DNA of 64,000 bases from Chrysomallon squamiferum (Eukaryota > Animalia > Mollusca): the NCBI GenBank assembly GCA_012295275.1, contig CM022679.1, forward strand, positions 29,574,001 through 29,638,000. The letters are read 5' to 3'. The translations under genes and the position numbers were made by a program. Positions 28,401-39,825 of the stretch are shown in pieces. The notes beneath the pieces are model-generated. The model saw only the letters and a list, made by a program, of their open reading frames with translations. It did no database searches and had not been told where the DNA came from. Position 1 is the first letter of the stretch. Every line of letters begins with the position of its first letter.

Positions 28401-29622
28401 AATAATCCTTACATATATATACTCACTCATATAGAGACACACACACACAAACCTGCTTGCACTAAGTAAATAAGCTCACTAAATAAATAAACAAAAAGAA
28501 ATTCAAAATGTAAATATTACTAATAGCATAGCATTTTTTTTTTTTTTTATCAGAAACTCCAACTTCTTAATACTTCAGGTGTGTGAATATAAATGTATCT
28601 TTATTCTGTTCACAACATATTTTTAAAAGAATTATTTAAACAACAAAAGAAACTACAATATTTTCAACATTAAAATTGTTCATACTGGAACTTGTTATAA
28701 AAAATAAATAAATAAATAAATAAAAGAATCATCATCACAGCTCACCCATACTGATGATACTTCATAAACATTGATCTTTCTGTATCTTCTTTATTTCTTT
28801 TCAGATAACACTTTCTCTTTCTTCTCTTTTTTTCATTTTTTTTTATTCTAATATTATTCATAGATTTCATTTTCCACAAACCTTGTCCAATTATTGTCAA
28901 TGCCATGTTTTCACTTATCATTTGAAGACTCTGTGGTTTTAGCCTGCTGGTGATAAAACGAGACTAGGAATATCTCTGGGTTGTAACAGCGTCTCACTTG
29001 GTGTGTTTTATAGTTTCTTTTACTAGTGTCCATCACCATGAGCAGTGGAGAGGAAAATTGCTTCACGTTTTATTTATCACAATCATTTGTTTAGTGTAGA
29101 TATCTCTATTTTATGTTTTAGATCACGTTGTGATCAGTGGAGCAGTAGTTTTTTTCCTGATCCAAAAAAATGTTGATTTTTTTAATTATTATTATTATTT
29201 TGATGTTGTTGGTAATATTTACAGATGTCTTTTCAAATCTGCACAGTAACTTTACACTGATTTTAGGCTTCCTTTCTCCAAACACACTTTTCTAACTTGT
29301 TCAGGATTGCCTCAGAAAATTATGTCCAAAACATAATTTAATTTGCACTTTTTTCACTACTATTCACTGTAATAATAAAACAGTTGAATTTAAATCTAAT
29401 ATTCATAACGTAATTATTGACCAAAATAATATAATAATTGTTCGTATATTTTCCTCAGTTTTTCAATAATTCTTTGAAGTCTTTTCTTATTTCTTGAGTT
29501 TTTAAATTATTCTTTGAAATGTTCTTTTTACAGTTTGTTTTGTTTTGCTATAGGTGTTTGTTTGTTTGTTTTTAATAATTACTAACAACAATCTTATATC
29601 CTAGTTTCTATTTCTGTTTTAG

Positions 29623-30526
29623 AATGATGAGCAGAGCAACTTGTTCTACGACGATTACTGGACAAAGAGATACGTAGAAGAGGACAATTCTTTCAGTGAT
29701 ACAAAATACTCATCAAAAGATGATCCTGCTTGGAAGAAAGAACCTCGACCTCTGTCAGAGAAACAAACTGACAGTGTGAAAAAGACTGCTGCAGACAAAA
29801 AGTATGAATCTGCAAAGCAGGCAGAAATCCAGAAGGCTCTGGATGATAAGAAGAAGTCGATGGAGAAAGAAAAAATCCTCAGAGAGAAGAAAGCTGAGAG
29901 GCCTGCCTCAAAGCACAGTGATACCGAGTTCGCACAAAAAAGCCTTCAAGTTGAGTCCAGTTTAAACGACAAGATTTACGAGTACGCAAAGCAGCTGCAC
30001 AAAGAGAAGAAATCGTGGGATTTCTCCAAGTTCAACAATGATCTGTTAACCGAGAAAGACTACAAAGAGATCGATGATGAGATCAACGAGCGCAACAGTG
30101 ATGATAGTGATGATGATGGTGATGGTGAAGAAGGTTACAGGAGTTCACAGGAACGAGCCGAAGTGGGAAATAAGCTGGAGAGTTCCAGCCAGCAGCAGGA
30201 GGAGGAGAAGGTTAATAAAATCCCGTACGGAGATGACATGGTCTACCCCGACTCCAGCAGCAGTGAGAAGAGAGAGGTCAACGAAGTCCACCCCATTGAG
30301 TTCGCCGACCCTGTTGAGTACACAGAGAAGCATCACTCAGTGAAGAAAAACCTCTACAACTCCGAGTACCTTAAAGAGTACGCCAAGACCAAACCCGACT
30401 TGAAGACAAGTCCTAACCCCCCTCCACCAGGTCTGGGGAATGACCATTCCATGATGGTGACACCATCAGGAAAGAAACCAAAGGCTTCCAAAAAAGAAGC
30501 CGTCTACATTGAGTCTGTTCCTTTAG
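29623..30526 (+). CDS. FSTL5: Follistatin-like 4/5 gene, first visible coding exon (long charged low-complexity region)
   Basis: Acceptor ttttag|AAT (phase 0), open frame NDEQSNLFYDDYW...YIESVPL, donor G|gtagtt (phase 1) matching downstream exon phases. Assigned to this gene by phase and position; the region itself has no recognisable domain. Confidence 0.8.
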
Positions 30527-30836
30527 GTAGTTAATGTTCACTTACCTGATTACTTCTTTCTTTATACAGTAGATGGGTTTTGATGTTGTTTTTTGTTTTT
30601 TTTAACAAATACAATAATTGTCTTCTTATTCAGTGATCCAAGATAGATTACTATTTACATTAATAAGAATAATTTGTTTCCTTACATAATAACTCTTTGG
30701 ATATAAAGTACTTAATTACTAAGTAACTATTTTCATTTTGAAAATACTGTATACAGGGCACGATGTTACTAATATTATTACAAACACTACAGCTATTGTT
30801 GTTTTTATGGTTGTTATGTTACTTTTGTTTCTGTAG

Positions 30837-31190
30837 TTATTAGTGTTGATTTTATTACAATTGTTGATTATCTATATTTAAAACAGAGAAATGTGAACAG
30901 GACTACGACTGTCATGTTACTAGTGTTGATGTTATTACAACTGTTGATTATCTATATTTAAAACAGAGAAATGTGAACAGGACTACGACTGTCATGTTAC
31001 TAGTATTGATGTTATTACAACTGTTGATTAATATTTAAAACAGAGGTGAATCTGTGACTGTGTCTGTGTTGATGTTATTACATTATCTGTAGGTTGCTTT
31101 GGTCACTATTACAACTGTTGATTATCTATATTTAAAACAGAGAAATGGTCAGTGGTATCCTAGTCAGACGGTCAGTGGTATCCTAGTCAC
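30837..31190. repeat. 80-bp tandem repeat spanning an FSTL4/5 intron/exon junction, plus a 23-bp duplication
   Basis: TATTACAACTGTTGATTATCTATATTTAAAACAG|AG in four copies (AG ending at 30886, 30966, 31043, 31140); GGTCAGTGGTATCCTAGTCA twice (31147, 31170). Confidence 0.93.
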
Positions 31191-31269
31191 TGTGAACTGC
31201 ACCGGTCAGCTTGTATCCGACACGACCACATCAAGATTGACCACAAAAACACCTGTGTCAAGTCTCAAG
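31168..31269 (+). CDS. FSTL5: FSTL4/5-like exon, C-terminal half of the Kazal/follistatin domain (5' half disrupted)
   Basis: Translates DGQWYPSHCELHRSACIRHDHIKIDHKNTCVKSQ, matching the Kazal pattern SDGxxYxxHCELHRxAC; donor G|gtttgt phase 1. The true 5' boundary is uncertain. Not in the ORF track in this frame. Confidence 0.8.
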
Positions 31270-32009
31270 GTTTGTCCAACTTTCAGAAAACACTGAAACT
31301 CAGAAATCTTTTTTTATGATGGTTAGTGGATGAACAGACAATCAGACATTCTCCCAGACAGATCCAGTTTACACAGATCCACTGTTAAGCAATGATTTCA
31401 TGATTTATAAATGTAACAAATAAAACTGTTATGTCTTGGTAGCACACTGGTTTGTAACGGGTATTCTCCATCTTTCAAATTGTTTTGACTTAGACAGAGT
31501 TACTCAGAATTATCAGAGGAAACTTTATACAGAGGTAAAAGATACAACATTTATCTGTAGAGCTGCTAACATTCAACCCAAATAAATTTAATATTTTTCA
31601 ACATTTTCATACATTCTTATTATGGCCTGCAATCATAGAAAATAAATTTTGTTTGCTTTGATGTGATTGTTCGAGTCCTGCCATTTAAGTTTTGATTGCA
31701 AAGTAATACAGAACAGAATATTTGATAAACATTTTATCATATATATTTATAAAAGAAAAAGAAAATCTTGCGGTCAAAAAGACTCATTTTAAAAACTTCA
31801 TAAATAAAATACTTATAGGAACTTCCAGTTAAATCCATTATTTCTTCATTGATTTTCATTAAAAAAAATGTTTGATCGAAAGTTTATTCAGAAGAGTACT
31901 CATCAGTATTTGAATTTTTAAATTTATTTATAGGAAAAGGTGTTCATAAAAGTATTTATCAGTTATTGAATTTATTTATTTATTTATTTATTTAATTATT
32001 TATTTACAG

Positions 32010-32381
32010 ATCAGAAATCAACAAACGAGGTCCCTGTGGACCCTCAGCTGAAGATAGACAATGCTCTAACCAACATCCCTTTCCCAGGAAAGCCGGAGAA
32101 CTCTGCAGAAATCCACGACAATCCCGAAGAGACCCAGAGAAAAAAGAAGAAAGAGGAAGAAAGGAAACTGAAAAAAGTAGATGACGAAGAAGAAAGGAAA
32201 CCAGCTGCCAGCCTGAAGATGTCAGACCGCAGTTTCTATGACTACCTGCGAGACAAGAACATGGAGAATGAAGAGGAGAAGAAGTGCACTAAAGAAGAGT
32301 ACATCCGCTTTAAAGAAATCTTGTTGAAGTACCACTGTGTGCGATTTGCTGAACAAGACTGCAGTGTAGAAACACACGAGA
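32010..32381 (+). CDS. FSTL5: FSTL4/5-like exon (charged linker, then CT..EY..FKE.LL helix before the EF-hand region)
   Basis: tacag|AT acceptor, A|gtaagt donor, phase 1-1; DQKSTNEVPVD...KKCTKEEYIRFKEILLKYHC... Confidence 0.88.
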
Positions 32382-32794
32382 GTAAGTTATGTTGTTAATT
32401 ATTGTTGTTGTTGTTGTGTTTGTTGACTGCTGTCAGTGTACTTGTCTCCCTATAGTGTCAGGTTCAACCCAAGGACCTAGGGTGTTAACAGTGACTACTA
32501 CTATTATTATTATTGTTGTTGTTGTTATTTCCCTGAAATATAACAGCTACATTTGTGTGACTGAATATTCTAAAATATCTATTATGATCTGTCAGATAAA
32601 GATAGCACTTGAAAACATTTTGTGCAGAAAAAGAAAGAGAGATATAGATATATAGAGATAGATATATAAATACAGATAGTTGACAGCTATAGACAGATGG
32701 ATGTATATAAATGGATGGATAGATTGATAGCTGTGTGAATGTGTTTGTGTTTTTAACTAATTCTTGTTAATTATTTTACACTTGTTATCTGCAG

Positions 32795-33010
32795 AGCGGG
32801 ACTACTTGGCCACGCTGATGTTCAGCATCTACGACATGAACCTCGACTACTACATCGACATGAAGGAGGCTGAGCAGATGGAGGATAAAGAACATAAACA
32901 GCGTGACTGGAGTCCTTGCACCATCATCGACATCATCCGCAACGATGATCAGGACCCTGTCGATAACAAACTGTCTGTCTCAGAGTTTGTCAGTGCATTC
33001 ATTCTGCAAG
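32795..33010 (+). CDS. FSTL5: FSTL4/5-like exon, EF-hand pair
   Basis: tgcag|AG ... G|gtaaga; MFSIYDMNLDYYIDMKE and DDQDPVDNKLSVSEFVSAF are EF-hand-like loops. Confidence 0.92.
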
Positions 33011-33252
33011 GTAAGAAATTATCAAGATAAATATGTCATCATGATGTTGACATGGTCAGATTTGATGTGGACATGGTCAAAGTTGTCATATTTTTTATGC
33101 AGCATTTTTATTACCAGTACCAATAAAACATCCATTATCACTGCTACTTCTATTACTATGTCTATTACTACTACCACTGCTGTTACTAGGAGTCTCTACC
33201 ACTACCACTGCAGCTGCTACTGCTGTTGTTATTACTTTTATTTCTGTTTCAG

Positions 33253-33416
33253 GGATATCAAATCCAGTCACAGTGGTAGTAACAGAAGAATTTCTGCCCA
33301 CTCTTGCCACAGTTGGAAATGGACTGGAACTGAAATGTGGAATTGCTGATGGCAAGAACATCATCTGGAAACGAAATGGTGTTGACATCAAAGACCTGCC
33401 TACAGAAGAACTAAAG
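33253..33416 (+). CDS. FSTL5: FSTL4/5-like exon, Ig domain 1 N-half
   Basis: ttcag|GG ... AAG|gtatta; ATVGNGLELKCGIADGKNIIWKRNG contains the Ig B-strand Cys and C-strand Trp. Confidence 0.92.
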
Positions 33417-33766
33417 GTATTAAATAATTTTTAAAACTTAAAATTCTTAGAATTCATTTTATTATTCTTTAATCATGTCAGAGCTTGCCAGAATTTCAGT
33501 AAATTAAGAACTGTAGTCTCAAACATTTTGAATCATTAAGAAAAAATTTGTCATTACTATGAATTTTTAAAAATTTATATAAATTAGAGTTTAATTTGAA
33601 ACTTCAAAATGATACCAGTAATAACATTTCAAAAGATATTAAAATTAATTATAATAAATTTGTTTTGATCTTTAGTTCGACAGTCAGTATTTTTATGGAC
33701 TTTTATATACTAAATGTAATTTAGAACCAGAGGATGTTTGATGACTGAAGATATTATTTTTTTCAG

Positions 33767-33884
33767 GTATTTGAAGATGGTGCGTTGTACTTCAGTAAGA
33801 TTGGGGTACATCACATGGGCAACTATTCTTGTGAGGATAAAACTGATCCATCATTAAAACAAGTTCACTCTCTCAAAGTTCACA
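33767..33884 (+). CDS. FSTL5: FSTL4/5-like exon, Ig domain 1 C-half
   Basis: ttcag|GTA ... A|gtaagt; VFEDGALYFSKIGVHHMGNYSCEDK (HMGNYxC is typical of FSTL4/5). Confidence 0.93.
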
Positions 33885-34301
33885 GTAAGTTTATTTTCAT
33901 TTTCATTCTTCTCTTTCTTATAATTATATGTCTGTAGTAAACTAAACTAGAACTTTTGGTTCCAGTTAATTAACTTAGTTTAGTGTTGTTATCTAAACAT
34001 GCTAAATTCATCTCTTTAAAATGGAAATTTATCCCCTGTTTATATACAACGTATTGTTGATTTTCAAATTTATTACTTTTGTTGTTGTTGTTGTTATTAT
34101 TATTATTATTATTTATTACATTTATTACTGTTAATTTTGATGGGTGATTATTATATAAATTTGTGGAAGTGGTCTGTTTTGATTCTATTTTATTATAATT
34201 TTTGAAGATAAACAGGTTTTCATTTCATGGTTAATATCTTCTTTTTTTTTTTTTTTTAATTTTATTTAAAAATAATTTATATTTCTTAAAATGTTTTTCA
34301 G

Positions 34302-34460
34302 TGCCACCAACAGTTCGCGTGTCGCCAGTGACTCAGATGAGAGTTTCCCAGTCCGACATCACAATCAAGTGTCACGCTGAAGGTATTCCAGCACCTAAAA
34401 TCATGTGGCAGGTTAACGAGATCAGAATACCTGACTCACCTGATCACTACGTCAAAACAC
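34302..34460 (+). CDS. FSTL5: FSTL4/5-like exon, Ig domain 2 N-half
   Basis: ttcag|TG ... C|gtgggt; PPTVRVSP...IKCHAEGIPAPKIMW. Confidence 0.93.
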
Positions 34461-34524
34461 GTGGGTTTCAATTCTATATTATTATTATTAATATACATTA
34501 TTAAACATCATCTTTATTATTATC

Positions 34525-34560
<36 letters not shown>

Positions 34561-34616
34561 CATTTGTTATTATTATCATAATTATTATTATTATTATTAA
34601 TTTTATCATTATTACA

Positions 34617-34662
<46 letters not shown>

Positions 34663-35014
34663 TATTATTATTATTATTATTATTTCTACAATTATTATTA
34701 TTAATTTTATCATTGTTGTCATTACTTGAAAACCTGAAGATTTGTTTTTGGGAAGGAATTTTAAAAAAGCAAATTAAATGATTCCTAATTGCTTATAAAA
34801 TTATCCATGCACCATAATGAAAATGTTTTCTTCTGACTGAGATAGTAATATGTTTTTGTTACAATTGCAAGAAGGGAGGTAACTGTTTACTTGTCATAAT
34901 ACATACTCTGTAAGAAAGTGCAAGGGATACTAATAACTATATTTAATTATAATGAAAATATTAAAGTTTCTGGACTTTGTCGAGGTTCATTAGTGAAAAT
35001 GTTGATGTTTTCAG

Positions 35015-35158
35015 ACGCAAACGGCACACTGATAGTGGAGAACGCAGACTACAAACGTGACACTGGGGCTTACAAGTGTATTGCTGAGAACCAGGCCGGC
35101 AAGGCAGAGGGCGTGGCCTCGGTGTTCATTCAGGATCCTCACAACAAGAAAGAAGCAT
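35015..35158 (+). CDS. FSTL5: FSTL4/5-like exon, Ig domain 2 C-half
   Basis: ttcag|AC ... T|gtgagt; ANGTLIVENADYKRDTGAYKCIAENQAGKAEGVASVFI (DTGxYxC motif). Confidence 0.94.
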
Positions 35159-35431
35159 GTGAGTTACTCCCCTTTTCTCTTTCTTGAAAATATTTTATTT
35201 ATTTTATTTATATCCTTTTCTTTTTGTTTGCTTTTTTTCTGTTATTGTTGTTATAGGTGGGTTTCAGCTTTCGGCTTTTTCTTTCAACACTCCTGTATAA
35301 TTGTCAAATATATTTATCTTTATTTGTTTTATTTTTTTTAAATTTAAGAATTTAAAAATAATATATACTGAATGATGTTTATTACTGATACATAACAGAT
35401 TTAAGTTTCTGTTTGAAATTTTCTGTTGCAG

Positions 35432-35718
35432 TTTCCAACTACCACAAACCGTACGGAACGTTCGTTGTGTTCCATGACAAGGGTTACACAGTCTACGACC
35501 CCAGCTCCTGCCTCATTCAGAGAGACGCCACTGGCGAGTTCGGAAGTTTCAAATTTATTCCCGATAACCTGGACGGGCCTCTCAAAATGTGCGATCCGAA
35601 GATCGGCTGTCACTGGGGTTCAGCAGTTAACATCAACAACCAGTACGTGTACGTGAGCCAGCCCAAGGAGAACAGAATCATCATCATTGAGTCAGCTGAG
35701 AAGTGGAATCCAATTCAG
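35432..35718 (+). CDS. FSTL5: FSTL4/5-like exon, start of beta-propeller region
   Basis: tgcag|TT ... CAG|gtattc; FVVFHDKGYTVYDPSSCLIQR...CHWGSAVNINNQYVYVSQP, resembling the FSTL4/5 C-terminal domain. Confidence 0.93.
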
Positions 35719-36158
35719 GTATTCAAAACTCTTATTTCATGTTGTCGTTTTCTTTGTCTCCCATTAGTTATGATTTATTTTCTTCATGTCTTTATTTTAT
35801 TTATTCTATTTTTATTTTTATTTTTTACCTGATTATTTGTTCCTTTATTTCTGCACTATAAGTAAGATTTAAAATACGGTTTGGCTATGTGTGTGTGTGT
35901 GTGTGTATGTTTATATATTATTTGATTTGTTTGGCTGTACAAGGTATTATTTTTTGTTGATAATAACAAACAAGAAATGAAGTAACCTGCAGTAAAAGGA
36001 GGTAGGTAGTGAGTGTGTGAATGAATGAGAGGTATGTAGATGATAACAAAAAAAGTAGTAGTGACTTTATGATTAATAATGATCATTCTAGGGGTTTAAT
36101 TGTATATTGATTTCCGTATTTCCATATTAACATGTTTGTTTTGTTTTGTTTGTTTCAG

Positions 36159-36344
36159 GTGATTGACACAGACAAGACACCAGTAAAACTGCACTACATA
36201 GCACACTTGGATCAGGTGTGGGTGCTGTGTTGGAACGGGGAAAACGACGGCAGTACTAAAACCGTGGTGGTCATCCGTGACGCCAGCAAGTACATACAAC
36301 ACCACAGCGTCCACACCCAGCCAGTCGGCAACCGCTTCGACTTG
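36159..36344 (+). CDS. FSTL5: FSTL4/5-like exon, beta-propeller
   Basis: ttcag|GTG ... TTG|gtgagc; VIDTDKTPVKLHYIAHLDQVWVLCW...HHSVHTQPVGNRFDL. Confidence 0.94.
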
Positions 36345-36624
36345 GTGAGCGTCGTTTGTCTGTGTGTGTGTCTGTTTTAAATAACTGTTTAATTCAGAAT
36401 TTGAGCAAAAAAAATGTGTGACATAATTGTATACATATAAAACAATTTTCAATCATTCCTTTGTGAAGTTATTTATTTATTTACTTACTTTATTTAATTA
36501 CTTGTTTATCTATTATTGATTGGTTGTAGTAGGTTGGGTTTAAAAATGTAGCTATTTTTAATGCAATAATATCAAATTCAGTTTTGGTACATAAATATTT
36601 TAAATTTAGTCATTTGGGTAACAC

Positions 36625-36694
<70 letters not shown>

Positions 36695-36815
36695 TGTTAT
36701 TATTACTATTATTACTATTATTATTATTACTATTATTACTATTATTATTATTATTATTACTATTATTATTATTACTATTATTACTATTATTATTATTACT
36801 ATTTATTTATTTATT
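36625..36815. repeat. (TAT/TAC)n microsatellite directly upstream of a splice acceptor
   Basis: ~175 bp of TTA/CTA triplets; source of the poly-Tyr ORF. Similar tracts at ~34500-34710, 37346-37730 and 44440-44540. Confidence 0.95.
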
Positions 36816-36820
36816 TTCAG

Positions 36821-37001
36821 GTTCAGGATTTGTTTCTTCCACCAGCGAACGACCTCCACCACAACTTCAACTTCGGCTACGTGACGCACAGCGGCAGAGA
36901 GGAGCTGTTTAAAATTGACCTTCGAACAATGAAATACATCAGCACCATCGACGTCTCCAAGTACGACTGCATCCCCAAGTCCCTGACATTTGTTGCTATT
37001 G
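36821..37001 (+). CDS. FSTL5: FSTL4/5-like exon, beta-propeller
   Basis: ttcag|GTT ... G|gtaatg; VQDLFLPP...FGYVTH...LFKIDLRTMKYISTIDVSKYDCIPKSLTF. Confidence 0.94.
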
Positions 37002-37344
37002 GTAATGTCATTTTCCTCTCAGTGAACCATTTAAAACATGCTTAAATCCACGTGTGTGTGTTAGGTTATACAGTCCAGTAGCCTGATTTCAGTCGGTGAC
37101 CATGTTAACGTATTAAACAAATAAACAGTAATTGTTGTGGTATTGTATTCACCAGTAAAACAGTGACAGATAGGTTGGAATTGGAAACAAAGATGAGTGG
37201 TTCGTTGATGAATGTTGATCACACGATCTGTCACAAGGATTATAGACTTTTTCACCTTTGGTTCAATTTTTAATTAACTTATAATTTTGTGGTTGCAGAA
37301 GGATTGAAATTCACATTTTATGTATATGTAGTTGTATGTTACAG

Positions 37345-37384
<40 letters not shown>

Positions 37385-37399
37385 TTTATTATTTTTATT

Positions 37400-37430
<31 letters not shown>

Positions 37431-37528
37431 TTATTATTATTATTATTGTTATTATCATCATCATCATCATTATTATTATATTACAATTCTTCTTATTAAT
37501 ATTAATATCCTTATTCTTCTTTTTCTTC

Positions 37529-37577
<49 letters not shown>

Positions 37578-37743
37578 CATTATAATCATCATCATTGTCA
37601 TCATCATTATTAATATATATTACAATTTTTCTTAATAATATTAATATTTTTCACCTTTTTTTTCATCTTTTTATTATTATTATTTTTCTTTTTAGTATTA
37701 TTATTATTTTTATTTTTATTATTATTGTTGTTGTTGTTAACAG

Positions 37744-37938
37744 GAGGACACATCATTATTGAATGCATTGCACCACAAAGCCACGAGTCTCACCAGATGT
37801 TGCTCGACTACGTCACGGATGCTGTTGTGAGGATGACGCCGCTGTCTGGCAAACCCTACGTGTCTCCCGACTCCAGATACGTGGTCACCATCAACAGTGA
37901 AACCGGAAAAGTGTTTGTGTCACGAGTGTCTGAACAAG
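37744..37938 (+). CDS. FSTL5: FSTL4/5-like exon, beta-propeller
   Basis: aacag|GA ... G|gtaaaa; GGHIIIEC...QMLLDYVTDAVV...GKPYVSPDSRYVVT. Confidence 0.93.
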
Positions 37939-38446
37939 GTAAAAAAAGAATAAACTGAAAATAAATAAAAAACAATAGTAATAAGTGTTTTAGTATAGAT
38001 TTAGGTTCAAGTCATTTTATGATATTTATCTTAATTTTTTATAAGTTCCATAGAATAAGAACAGAACTGGTAATAAAATATTTTGTTTTTATTATTATTA
38101 TTATAATGTTGTTTTTTTTTAAATGTATTTAAAGGGATATTTGTATGTAATAATCTAAGTGTGTATGTGTGTGTGTGTATTGAGGTGTATGTTTCTGGGT
38201 ATGTTTGTTTATGTGTGTACATGTAAAGTATAACCTTTTAAACTATTAATGTTCAAGTTTCTTATTTATTTACTAAATTTAATTTAAAGATATCTTACAT
38301 TGTTCCACAATATAATGAATTACTTATAACAAATATTTAGACTTATCTCAATGTACAAAAAGATAAATAAACAGACAAGTTCAAAAAACAAACAGATGTA
38401 TGCAGACATAAACATAAAGTAATAATTCCACATATTTATTTTACAG

Positions 38447-38611
38447 GTGCTTTGGAAACTGCTTTTGAACTTACTGTGAGCAACAACATCGGCGACGTGA
38501 CGTTCTTTCCATCATCAAAGAGCAAGGGTTATGATCTGGTGTTGACATCGGCAGACAACAGTGACATCATTTTCCTCAGCCTTGCAAACGGCAAAGTGGA
38601 AAAGCTTAAAT
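38447..38611 (+). CDS. FSTL5: FSTL4/5-like exon, beta-propeller
   Basis: tacag|GT ... T|gtaaat; GALETAFELTVSNNIGDVTFFPS...DIIFLSLANGKVEKL. Confidence 0.92.
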
Positions 38612-39028
38612 GTAAATATTTCAGTTACTGTTCTTTGTGGGGTAGAGGCTGTTTTGTTCCTTAGTTTCAGGAATTTTTGTTCATTATTGTTATTATGTAT
38701 TGTTAGAGAAAAATATTACTGTTGAAATCTTAGCATTAAACAATATTTTCACAGAGAAATTTTGCATCTGGATGTGTAGTTATTGTTCAAAGTACCAAAA
38801 AAGAGGTTTAATAATTTAGACATAATAATAGACAGTTAATAGTTTTTTTCACTTTCTGTTAATGTAGGAAAACATAAGCCAGGCTATTTGATAAACCAGT
38901 GAAAGAACAAAGTTGGTTTCTGTTTATCTATTTGATTGATTGAGTGATTAAATGATCGATGGATTTATTCACTTACTTATTTATGTTGTTAGTGTAAGTT
39001 AATATTGGTTGTGTTTTACTCATTGCAG

Positions 39029-39228
39029 CACACAAAGACACTGAAGACAAGAGATCGTGGAAACCCTCACCGGTTGTCAAGGAGATTGCCAGTGGCAGCA
39101 TCTTTAGTGACTTCTTGATGACACCAACACCATCGTCAGTACGCATCATCGATGGGAAACATCATCAACTGCAGTGTGAATTCAGTGGCCCATTAAACAG
39201 CCACGTCATTTTATTTGTAGAAAACTAA
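39029..39228 (+). CDS. FSTL5: FSTL4/5-like terminal coding exon
   Basis: tgcag|CA phase 1; SHKDTEDKRSWKP...IASGSIFSDFLMTP...IIDGKHHQLQCEFSG...ILFVEN then TAA at 39226-39228. Confidence 0.9.
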
Positions 39229-39789
39229 ATCTTTGTTATATATATTTCTATATATATATAGCCCTTTATAATTTACTCAATTGTTTTGTTAAACAAATAT
39301 TTATTTATTTGACATCATGGCAAGCAAAAATAATAATCAAATTTTTTTTAGGAAATCAAAACAAAAACAACTTTAGTGAGAAGTTAGAAACAAAAAGTCT
39401 GAAATAACCAGGTTAAATCATTTTGTATAAAAAAAAAAAAAAAAAAAAAAGGTATTAAGAAGTATAAAAATAAATGCAGATAAAACTGACTATTTTTCCC
39501 CATGAACTGATGTACTACTAGGAAAAGGGAAAACGAATAGTTTAATAAAACTTGAAATAAATAAAAATAAAATAAGACAGTTCTTCAACATGAACAAAAA
39601 GACCTAATCAGATAATGTGCAATATTTAAGTAATTTTCTTAGATTTAAAGTTAGTGAGTATCGTCATAATATTTAACACTGCACTGCTTTTTGATAGAAT
39701 AGTCAGACAGACAGTTGTGTCAGTAAAAAATAAAAACAGTTATTTATCCAACAGTGAAGTTATAGCCAGCATGCTTAATCAGAAAAAGA

Positions 39790-39825
<36 letters not shown>

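Noticed and set aside
30074-30343. Alternative-frame and antisense ORFs over FSTL and TMF1 exons (also 53456, 54577)
   Set aside because: Shadow frames of real coding exons.
36584-37635. Poly-Tyr, poly-Ile and poly-Leu ORFs (also 34461-34781, 13891-14073, 56091-56472)
   Set aside because: Translations of (TTA)n microsatellites in introns; only the exon part 36821-37001 is real.
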